A DNA stretch of 62,170 bases from a virus (IMGVR_UViG_3300032294_001909:1-62170), one strand, 5' to 3'. Counted from the stretch's first letter, positions 8,440 through 15,930 are shown. Notes: generated from the sequence alone by a model not told the origin. Made by a program: numbers and translations.

Positions 8440-8467
8440 AATATACACTACTTTCCCCCCGGCGCAA
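8440..8467 (-). promoter_or_regulatory. sigma70-like promoter, cassette 13
   Basis: TTGCGC-16-TATATT. Confidence 0.7.
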
Positions 8468-8481
8468 GTGCGGATTTTCCG

Positions 8482-8526
8482 GTGATAAAATAGCACCCGG
8501 GCACCCCTATAGAGTTATTTTATCAC
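8482..8526. repeat. paired box 13 (span 45)
   Basis: GTGATAAAATA...TATTTTATCAC; 14 bp from the -35. Confidence 0.95.
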
Positions 8527-8577
8527 AGAAAAGCGAGCCCCCCGGCGCGAGGCCGAGGGGCTGGTACTGCGGGGTGG

Positions 8578-9057
8578 CTAGAGCCACCCCTGTTCCGCAA
8601 AGCTAGTGTAGCGGGCCGCACCGATGATGATGTGGTCGTGGACAGCGATGTCCAACAGCCGCCCCGCTGCCACCAACTGCGCCGTAATGTTCCTATCCTC
8701 GGCGCTGGGGGTGGGATCCCCGCTGGGGTGATTGTGGGCGATGATGAGTGCAGCGGCATTGAGTGCGATGGCCATCCGGAAAACTTCCCGGGGATGCACC
8801 AGCGATGAGTCAAGCAACCCACGGGTAACCTCAACCCGGGCGATGCACCGATGCTGCGCGTTCAAGATGGCCACGCAGAAAACTTCGGAGTCCTCGTTTT
8901 CCAGATCGGAAAACAGCGCGGCAGCTTCCCTCGGCGTACGCACCGGGGCGAGTACCGGCGGGGCGTTGTACTCGGGGCGGGGCGTACGCACCAGCCGCAG
9001 CCACGGGGCGTGGCCAGTCACACGGGGCGTCACTAACGACATCCGGGGCGTTTCCAT
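8578..9057 (-). CDS. radC: RadC-like JAB/MPN domain protein (stand-alone domain)
   Basis: VHPREVF, HNHPSGDPTPSAED and DHIIIG motifs. Confidence 0.92.
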   Translation of the reverse strand: METPRMSLVTPRVTGHAPWLRLVRTPRPEYNAPPVLAPVRTPREAAALFSDLENEDSEVFCVAILNAQHRCIARVEVTRGLLDSSLVHPREVFRMAIALNAAALIIAHNHPSGDPTPSAEDRNITAQLVAAGRLLDIAVHDHIIIGAARYTSFAEQGWL

Positions 9058-9114
9058 GCGGGTTCCCTCTGTTCGGGGTTGTCAGCCGCGCCGGGTTGCG
9101 CTGCCGACACCCCA

Positions 9115-9143
9115 AGTATTACCCTCCAACCCCCAAAAGTCAA
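9115..9143 (-). promoter_or_regulatory. sigma70-like promoter, cassette 14
   Basis: TTGACT-17-AATACT. Confidence 0.65.
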
Positions 9144-9156
9144 GCACTTTTTTTCG

Positions 9157-9201
9157 GTGATAAAACAGCCCCCCGGGGGTAGGGGATGGGCATTTTATCA
9201 C
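9157..9201. repeat. paired box 14 (span 45)
   Basis: GTGATAAAAC...GCATTTTATCAC; 13 bp from the -35. Confidence 0.95.
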
Positions 9202-9242
9202 AGAGAGGGCTCCCCCGCCGAAGCGGGGGAGCGATCCGTGGG

Positions 9243-9425
9243 CTATCGGCGGCGAGCCTCCTCCTCCATGATCCGCAGCCGACGCGCAAACTCCTGCTGC
9301 ACCGCAGGAATCCGATCCCCATGAATCGTACGCTGCGCCTGAGTGGTGATGCGAAGCTGCTCTGCACGAGCTTGCATGGGCGCGTTCCCGACGCGCACCC
9401 GATCCGGTAAGACAGTCCAGTCCAC
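9243..9425 (-). CDS. hypothetical protein
   Basis: GGAGG RBS then GTG at 9425. Confidence 0.55.
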   Translation of the reverse strand: MDWTVLPDRVRVGNAPMQARAEQLRITTQAQRTIHGDRIPAVQQEFARRLRIMEEEARRR

Positions 9426-9482
9426 GGTAACCTCCAAGAGGGGGGGGGTGCCCCCCGGCGGGGTGCCGGGGGGCGGTTGTTG

Positions 9483-9749
9483 CTAGTCGATGTCGATCTT
9501 CAATTCACCATCGGTGCTGATCCAGAAGTGCCCCAGCGTCACCTCATGTTCGTCGCTGGTGCGGCAGTTGTGCAGGGTGACGTTCCGAGTCTGGTCAATG
9601 GTCCGCAGGAAGTCGATCAACTCCCCGACAGTCAGGTGGTGCGATCCGCGAAACTGACGCACCATTTCCCCGCAGCACTCCGCTTCCTCGTTGAATTCGT
9701 ATGGCATCCCTTCAACGTTTTCGCTCACCTTCCCACGGATTCGTAACAT
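9483..9749 (-). CDS. hypothetical protein
   Basis: GGAGGA RBS. Confidence 0.65.
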   Translation of the reverse strand: MLRIRGKVSENVEGMPYEFNEEAECCGEMVRQFRGSHHLTVGELIDFLRTIDQTRNVTLHNCRTSDEHEVTLGHFWISTDGELKIDID

Positions 9750-9813
9750 TCGCACGTTCCTCCAAGAGGGGGGGGGGGTGCCCCCCGGCGGGGTGCCGGG
9801 GGGCGGGGGGTGC

Positions 9814-10035
9814 TTATCGAGCCACCCGGTTGATGTAGCTCACCTCACCACCGAACATCCCGACGAACACCCGGTACCCGTCCACCGTGGCGACCCACGT
9901 GGTGTTGGGGCGGCCCGAGTTGCTCACGCTGCTGCTGTCCAACTTCCAGTTGGCCCCGGGGATGACCTGCTCCACCACCAGCCGGTCCTGCGCCACCAGC
10001 AGGTCCATCGCGGCCATCGTCACGCTCTGCGACAT
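9814..10035 (-). CDS. hypothetical protein
   Basis: GAGG RBS before ATG 10035. Confidence 0.7.
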   Translation of the reverse strand: MSQSVTMAAMDLLVAQDRLVVEQVIPGANWKLDSSSVSNSGRPNTTWVATVDGYRVFVGMFGGEVSYINRVAR

Positions 10036-10094
10036 TGTGCGTCCCTCTGTTCGAGTCTGTCGGGTGGGGCGGGCTTGCCCTGCCGACGACCCCA

Positions 10095-10122
10095 AGTTTA
10101 CCTTTCGACCGCCGAATGTCAA
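10095..10122 (-). promoter_or_regulatory. sigma70-like promoter of the rightmost cassette (no box pair)
   Basis: TTGACA-16-TAAACT. Confidence 0.75.
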
Positions 10123-10401
10123 GGCCCGGAAGGTTTCTTGGAACTGGAAAGTTTTTTGCCGGCGACCACCCTAGGGTGGCTCACGAACATCACGCTAATA
10201 TTTTTTTGCCTATAGAACTTTTCTTATACAATAATTATGCGTCCCCCAACATGCGCCCCCAATACTGCGCCCCCCAAGTTACGTCCTTGTTCTAGGAATA
10301 TCAAAAAATTATCGACCCCTCGGCATGTTGAAAAAAAATTCTAAAAAAATTTTTGGGTATGGGAAGACTATTTATACAAAACTTCTACTTAACTTGATTT
10401 T

Positions 10402-12780
10402 ATGACATCATTAGCTACGTTGATATTTGAAGATGACATTAGTGTATCGCAAGGTGCGAAAAAAGCAAAAGAAATGGGGCTGGAGAAAAAGCCCGGTATT
10501 GGGTTATATGGACCGCCTGATAGTGATGTAGCAACCCATAGAATCAAGAACGGCCAATTAATTCCAATTCTTCGAAAGAAAAAAAAGAAAGATACGGCGG
10601 GTGGCGGCAGCGATGTATCTGGTGCAACTGGAGGTGGTGATGGGGAAGTAAAAGGGGAAAAAAAGAAAAAGGAAGATGATGGTACTGTTGCGGGATTGTT
10701 TGCACAATTACAACAACAAATTATCGATAGATTAGCTACGCCTATTCCTACAACATCAACTGAAGGTGGCGAGGAAGGCATGACGCTTATGGATGTAGTT
10801 GACCAACTGCAATCGGATATCATTGAAAGGCTTGCAACGCCGCGCCCGGGTGATTTGGTTCCATCACCGGAAAGCAGTGAAGAAGAACCCGCCGATACAA
10901 ACGACACTGATGATCCAAATCAATCAACCTTTTTTAATGGTATGGTAAAGCATTATACCAAGTTAAGAGAAGACTATGAAAAGCGAATCGGCATATCCAA
11001 ATACAGGTTCTTTACTTCGGCGTGGGGTACGTTAATAACTCACTTAAAGGAAGTAGACAGTGACCAAAATCTACGGCCCGAAGATAAAACGTTTATTATA
11101 GCACATTCCTTGGAAAGTTTCATGGATAGTAAGTTTAAATTTAATCCACTTGATTTAGATGAAATGTTTCCTAATACTGATATTTTCACAACAAGACAAA
11201 AACTAGACGAGTTAGTAAATCAGGTGTATCCGTATGATATACCTGAACCAAGGTTTTTTGACAATATCATCTTGACTGGGCTGAAGTATGCGGAACATTC
11301 TATTCTGCGAGATGTGCAGGAACGCTGTTACTACTTATCCATTAACAGTCTGATTGCAGACCCCTCGGTAAGAAAAGTAGCGTCTTATACGTTATTTCAT
11401 GCAATGAAAAAAAATGAAGAAGACGTTAGTGAGTTGGTATTTATGTATCCACAGAAATGGGTCGATAGCAAAAAAATGCTTGTTCCAAGAGGAACAGAAA
11501 AAGAAACTGAAGACTCATATATCGAAGAAATTGATAAAGATTTAGAAGCGCTAACATCACCAATTGATTTGCGAATAGCAGAATTACCGGACGTAATAGA
11601 TTACCTGCAAAAGGTAATACAGTTTGCTGCAAAGTATAGAATTAATCAAAATATGACGAAATTAAAAGACCCCGCTACCAGTGGATGGGGGGCGCTTAGT
11701 ATTGGTATGGACGATGAAATGTCTAATGCGTTAGCGGCAATCCAAAGTTCAGAAAAATTTAAAGAGCTTATGGCTAGCATTGGAAATCCACGGCTGACAT
11801 CAGTTACTGGATTAATGCCGATGGATGTTGCGGACAAAATTTATGATACCGCAAGTTTCTTGAAATTTGTAATACACGATCATTTAAATGATGTATACAC
11901 CGAAAGAGACAAGGAACGGTTGGAAAAAAAGGAAATTAAAGAAGCAAAACTGTTTGCTACGCTTGTTGCGAGATGTTTTTCAAAAAGAGATTTGCCCGAT
12001 AAAGCCTCGGATTGGGTGCAAAATATTTCCTTTTCCGGAGGGGTGAGAACAGACACTCGAAAAATTTTGTTTGATTACTTTGAACGAATGTTACCGGACA
12101 ATTTGCGGCAATCTATGGTAGCATACGCAGACTTTATCAAACAACGCCGAGGAGGCGGGCTTAGGGTTACCAGTACTACGTCTCAGCTTAGGGCGTCGGC
12201 GTGGAGCACAACAGGAAATATTTCCTTAACCGACACAGATTCTGCCAGTACCGTGTTACATGAAATATTTCACATTGTGGAAGATTCCAACAAAGACTTG
12301 CATTCTCGCGCTGTTGGATTATTATCAAACTCAATAAATAAATTTCCTGATCCGTCTATACCAACGCCGCTCACTCCACTTGCCAACGACCCAAATGTAA
12401 CCGTATTATATGGCAATGTACTACAACTTAAAAGCATAAATCGCTCATATGAAGAAAACGAACTATACATGAGATCAGAATTATTTCATCCATATACATC
12501 TAAATTATACATAACATATAACGCATCCGCGTTTCCTAATAATACAGCCTCATCAAAAGTACTAGTGTATGTTAAAGATAAAATAAGTAGACAAGGGCTT
12601 TTGCCGCTCCCATCCGTTGATCCGACAATTGTTGGATACGATGAATGGCTAGTTGGTTACATACACGCAACTGAAATATCGTCGTCGGCATTAGGTGACT
12701 TGTTCAAAAGTCCACTTCTGTTGTATCAACATGACAAAATTTTATTTAGTTACGCCACATCCGTGTTGCGAGGAGAATAG
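10402..12780 (+). CDS. large hypothetical protein with an HExxH motif
   Basis: 792 aa; VLHEIFH; TATTTATA upstream at 10369. Confidence 0.8.
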   Translation: MTSLATLIFEDDISVSQGAKKAKEMGLEKKPGIGLYGPPDSDVATHRIKNGQLIPILRKKKKKDTAGGGSDVSGATGGGDGEVKGEKKKKEDDGTVAGLFAQLQQQIIDRLATPIPTTSTEGGEEGMTLMDVVDQLQSDIIERLATPRPGDLVPSPESSEEEPADTNDTDDPNQSTFFNGMVKHYTKLREDYEKRIGISKYRFFTSAWGTLITHLKEVDSDQNLRPEDKTFIIAHSLESFMDSKFKFNPLDLDEMFPNTDIFTTRQKLDELVNQVYPYDIPEPRFFDNIILTGLKYAEHSILRDVQERCYYLSINSLIADPSVRKVASYTLFHAMKKNEEDVSELVFMYPQKWVDSKKMLVPRGTEKETEDSYIEEIDKDLEALTSPIDLRIAELPDVIDYLQKVIQFAAKYRINQNMTKLKDPATSGWGALSIGMDDEMSNALAAIQSSEKFKELMASIGNPRLTSVTGLMPMDVADKIYDTASFLKFVIHDHLNDVYTERDKERLEKKEIKEAKLFATLVARCFSKRDLPDKASDWVQNISFSGGVRTDTRKILFDYFERMLPDNLRQSMVAYADFIKQRRGGGLRVTSTTSQLRASAWSTTGNISLTDTDSASTVLHEIFHIVEDSNKDLHSRAVGLLSNSINKFPDPSIPTPLTPLANDPNVTVLYGNVLQLKSINRSYEENELYMRSELFHPYTSKLYITYNASAFPNNTASSKVLVYVKDKISRQGLLPLPSVDPTIVGYDEWLVGYIHATEISSSALGDLFKSPLLLYQHDKILFSYATSVLRGE

Positions 12781-12782
12781 TT

Positions 12783-13070
12783 ATGAAAAATGAAAAATTC
12801 GGAGCCGTTCTAGAATTACCCGAAAATATTATTGTATATGTAGATTACAATACATTAAACTTAGAAGTATTAACAAAAGTTGACGCCAAGGTACATGCGC
12901 AACTGCTACACGCATACTTCACGATAAAAGGAGAATCTATGCTTGGCTATTTTCCGTACCGGGGAGATGAGATAGTAGCTCTTATGGAAAAACACATGAA
13001 TGCCAAGATAGTAGATCGGTGGGATGATTCGGTTAGTTCAAAACAATCAGATAAAATGATTGTATACTAA
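12783..13070 (+). CDS. hypothetical protein
   Basis: 95-aa ORF with AGGAG RBS. Confidence 0.75.
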   Translation: MKNEKFGAVLELPENIIVYVDYNTLNLEVLTKVDAKVHAQLLHAYFTIKGESMLGYFPYRGDEIVALMEKHMNAKIVDRWDDSVSSKQSDKMIVY

Positions 13071-13096
13071 TTATAGTAAATGCTTTGGAGTAGCTT

Positions 13097-13345
13097 ATGA
13101 TTTCTTTAATAGACTTAATACTTGAATTAAACGATACAGAAGAACGTAAGGTATGGAGAACATACGCAAATAGATTTGGTTCAAGAAACACGGTGGGTCA
13201 GGTCAGGTATTTTAAAAATAGAGATAAAGCATCAAAGTTTGCCACCGGGGCAAAAAAAGGACCAAAGATGGGAAGACCCAAGGCAAAAATCAAACCTCGG
13301 CATAAAGAAGAAAAACAAAAGTACGACTATACTCCGGGAACATAA
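13097..13345 (+). CDS. basic hypothetical protein
   Basis: 82 aa, GGAG RBS. Confidence 0.75.
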   Translation: MISLIDLILELNDTEERKVWRTYANRFGSRNTVGQVRYFKNRDKASKFATGAKKGPKMGRPKAKIKPRHKEEKQKYDYTPGT

Positions 13346-13346
13346 A

Positions 13347-13380
13347 AAAATCGCTAGCTTGATGGCTAGCGATTTTGTTT
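13347..13380. terminator. bidirectional intrinsic terminator
   Basis: AAAATCGCTAGC-loop-GCTAGCGATTTT between convergent genes. Confidence 0.8.
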
Positions 13381-13885
13381 ATTCGCAGAATTGATATATA
13401 AACGGCTTGGGAGGATGAAACTCAGGTAACCCATATTTTAGTTGAAGGCTTTTTATTAGTTCCTTGGATGGTCTTCGTTTATTATCCCATCCCATAATCC
13501 GTGTATTTTTATTTACTTCTTCGATAAATTCTTTAAATGGCCCGAAATAAAGTAGCTTTAGTTCTGTGTATGTGCTGTTTGGCTCTAATATAGCAATCAA
13601 GTCTACGCTTTCTTCGCCCGTGTATGTACAAGAAACTTCGGTGTGCATTTCACTGACAGTTTTTACTTGTACCGTTTTGCCGTCCATGAGAACTAAATCA
13701 ACGGCGTCATCGTGGCCCTTTTGTTTTTTTGTAGCATTCCATACAGAGCGTAATATAGCTTCACCGTAGTCACCGGAATGGTTGAACTTTTCTCCGTAAA
13801 ATCCAACGCTACGGTGAAGATTATTTACTTGCCGCCAAACTTCTAGATACGTTTTTGCTTCGTCATTTAATGGTATTAGTGACAT
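13379..13885 (-). CDS. putative PD-(D/E)xK-like nuclease fold protein
   Basis: GDYGE...D...DGKTVQVKT pattern. Confidence 0.5.
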   Translation of the reverse strand: MSLIPLNDEAKTYLEVWRQVNNLHRSVGFYGEKFNHSGDYGEAILRSVWNATKKQKGHDDAVDLVLMDGKTVQVKTVSEMHTEVSCTYTGEESVDLIAILEPNSTYTELKLLYFGPFKEFIEEVNKNTRIMGWDNKRRPSKELIKSLQLKYGLPEFHPPKPFIYQFCE

Positions 13886-14092
13886 TACCGGCTGTTATTG
13901 TGGTCGAGCTAAATGTGCTGTTTAGAAGGCCGCTTGTGGAAAATCCCGATGTGATAGTTCCGGATCCACTACAGGGAAAATTCCATTTTTCGTTTGCCCA
14001 TTGTTGATCGTAATACCAGATGCTATTTCCCGTATATGTATTAATGGCCGTGCCCGTGAATGGTTTAACGGTTAAACCTTCCCACCACGGGC

Positions 14093-14293
14093 TTACCGAA
14101 AAGGGCGGATTAAGATATCAATATTATCTAAATCGTCTTCCCAATCGGACGGGATTTCTCTAATAACTTTTGCACGAGCCTTGTCTTCGGTAGCCGCTAA
14201 TACAATGTCGCGAGCAATAACTTGTGCCAGACCAGCGTCTTCCGTTTCCGGATTGTATACAACCACGTAATCCCATACTAACTTTTTTGCCAT
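14093..14293 (-). CDS. small protein ending IRPFR; probable -1 frameshift extension to 13863
   Basis: C CCU UUU slippery site plus a hairpin; 78-codon open -1 frame. Confidence 0.8.
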   Translation of the reverse strand: MAKKLVWDYVVVYNPETEDAGLAQVIARDIVLAATEDKARAKVIREIPSDWEDDLDNIDILIRPFR

Positions 14294-14305
14294 AAAACCC
14301 TCTCT

Positions 14306-14650
14306 TTATAGTGGTAACATAAATTTGTCTAGCTTGTATCCCACACCTTCGCTCACTGCATCAAGTGATTTCGTTCCATAATAATTCTTGATCTTCCACC
14401 CGCTCTGAAGGTAATCCTTTAGGCACATCTTGTCATTATACATAAAGCTAAAAATTACCAGAGGAATAATTCCTACCCAAAACAGTGACGCGACAATTAA
14501 TACTGCTGCAATTATAAGGGAGTTTTTCCAATCTTGTCGAAAGATTGCGGGGAAACATCCCCAAAAAAGAACCGTCCATGAATATCCCACAGGAATAGTC
14601 TTCGTTTCATCTGTGTTAGGATTTACGATTGTAACATGACCATGCGCCAT
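14306..14650 (-). CDS. membrane protein (DUF2628-like)
   Basis: GYSWTVLFWG..PAIFRQDW plus hydrophobic segments. Confidence 0.65.
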   Translation of the reverse strand: MAHGHVTIVNPNTDETKTIPVGYSWTVLFWGCFPAIFRQDWKNSLIIAAVLIVASLFWVGIIPLVIFSFMYNDKMCLKDYLQSGWKIKNYYGTKSLDAVSEGVGYKLDKFMLPL

Positions 14651-14679
14651 AAATTACCTTTAGGTTGAAGTTAGGTGTA

Positions 14680-14768
14680 CGGAAGGAGAGGGATTCGAAC
14701 CCTCGGTGCAAGTTTCCTCACACGGCGGTTTAGCAAACCGCTACCTTAAGCCTCTCGGTCATCCTTCC
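14680..14768 (-). tRNA. tRNA-Ser(GCT)
   Basis: GGAAGGA acceptor, anticodon stem GCGGT-TT GCT AA-ACCGC, long variable arm, GTTCGAATC. Confidence 0.95.
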
Positions 14769-14810
14769 TACTCATTAAGTATAATGAGTCTGCCACAAAA
14801 TGTCAATAGG

Positions 14811-15413
14811 TTATTTGATATCAGCCGAGGTTATCAATGTGTATGTAAAGCTATTTCCGTGAATATCACGCGCCTTTCTACAAATGTCCATAAATAAGTT
14901 AAAATCTTTTACTCTCTTGAACACTTGACATCCCTCTGACCAGTTTTCAACAAATTCTGATTCCGTTTTTGGATTGGAGCGATGAATATTGATACCAAAT
15001 AATCCATCTTGGGTTGTTGCTTCATCAAACGTCATATCTTTATTTTTATCACGCCACACCTTTACAGTTTTTTGTTGGCGCAACGCTTCATACTTTCCTT
15101 GGTGCATTCCAATCATGTGAGACCCACGATATTGATTGGGTACTAATCTTGCCACGCCGTTTGGATTACTGAACTCTTTTACGGCTTTTGTGCCGGGATC
15201 GGTTGTACAAGGCCAGATGTGAAATTTCCAAACACCCCCCTCTTTATACGAAATCGTCATCCAGTCATCAAACTTATTTGTAACTTTTTTTCCGGTTGTT
15301 GCATTTCGTATGCCCACAATATTTACATCAAAATCTTTAGCACCTTCAAACCACACATAACCCTTGGCTTTTACTGCACGTTCTACTTGTTCTCGGGTAA
15401 ACGCCATAGACAA
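14811..15413 (-). CDS. putative cell-wall enzyme/endolysin (L,D-transpeptidase-like)
   Basis: GINIHR...WSEGCQV His/Cys motif; next to holin-like genes. Confidence 0.5.
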   Translation of the reverse strand: MSMAFTREQVERAVKAKGYVWFEGAKDFDVNIVGIRNATTGKKVTNKFDDWMTISYKEGGVWKFHIWPCTTDPGTKAVKEFSNPNGVARLVPNQYRGSHMIGMHQGKYEALRQQKTVKVWRDKNKDMTFDEATTQDGLFGINIHRSNPKTESEFVENWSEGCQVFKRVKDFNLFMDICRKARDIHGNSFTYTLITSADIK

Positions 15414-15423
15414 TCTCGGTTGA

Positions 15424-15759
15424 TTAGTTTACATGACCGCAGTTTGTACAGGCATTATTTTCTGGGGTTGGCTCTGTTGGAGTTGATACCGCAGCTTCTG
15501 CTTCAACTTTTGCCGCTGGAGAAAATCTTTCTAACCCAGCAACACCAAACGAGCCTAATGTGATCGTTACAAACGAATTATAGATGTATTCAGTTATCAC
15601 TAAATCATGTCCAATAATTCCTGATCCCAAATCAATAAATGCCGTTAAAACCATCATTGCAAATGAAATGAAACCAATTATTGTTTTTTCGTTGTAGTCG
15701 TTTGAATCCTTAAAAATTTGAGTAAACCACATTTCTTTTTTCCTCTTGGTTGGCGACAT
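15424..15759 (-). CDS. two-TM membrane protein, holin-like
   Basis: two hydrophobic helices. Confidence 0.5.
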   Translation of the reverse strand: MSPTKRKKEMWFTQIFKDSNDYNEKTIIGFISFAMMVLTAFIDLGSGIIGHDLVITEYIYNSFVTITLGSFGVAGLERFSPAAKVEAEAAVSTPTEPTPENNACTNCGHVN

Positions 15760-15820
15760 AATGTTCTCAGGTAAGAGTTTACAAAACTAACATTACCTTT
15801 ATGTAACCAATTTAAGAGAG

Positions 15821-15926
15821 CGGCATCGGGGGATTCGAACCCCTATTCCTTGGCTTAGCACGATATAAATAAACTATCACGGTAGCGAGCCCAAATATCG
15901 TCGTTGTCCCGTCCAACTGCGATGCC
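15821..15926 (-). ncRNA. tRNA-like RNA with an expanded anticodon arm
   Basis: GGCATCG/CGATGCC acceptor and GGGGTTCGAATCCCC T-arm; ACGATAT/ATATCGT stem with a ~28-nt loop. Confidence 0.7.
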
Positions 15927-15930
15927 TATA

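Larger units (their letters stand above)
510..10122 (-). other. GC-rich array of ~15 promoter-gene-terminator cassettes separated by paired GTGATAAAA/TTTTATCAC boxes
   Basis: 14 paired inverted boxes, each between a terminator-like hairpin and a minus-strand sigma70-like promoter; all plausible genes are on the minus strand. Confidence 0.9.

Noticed and set aside
583-9201. Box pairs as a CRISPR or mini-CRISPR array
   Set aside because: Arms are inverted and only 9-12 bp, units are separated by whole genes, and no cas genes are present
583-9201. Box pairs as integron attC or Xer dif/pdif sites
   Set aside because: No RYYYAAC/GTTRRRY ends; spacers of about 14-27 bp rather than 6-8; cassettes have their own promoters; no integrase in the window
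583-9201. Half-site as a DnaA box or lambda operator
   Set aside because: TTTTATCAC differs from TTATCCACA; it shares TATCAC with lambda half-sites but the orientation and spacing do not match
38-10295. Many plus-strand and alternative-frame ORFs in the GC-rich block
   Set aside because: Shadow ORFs of GC-rich minus-strand genes, lacking RBS or promoter support; several N-terminal extensions run through promoters and boxes
15044-15052. Isolated TTTTATCAC
   Set aside because: Unpaired and inside a CDS; consistent with chance
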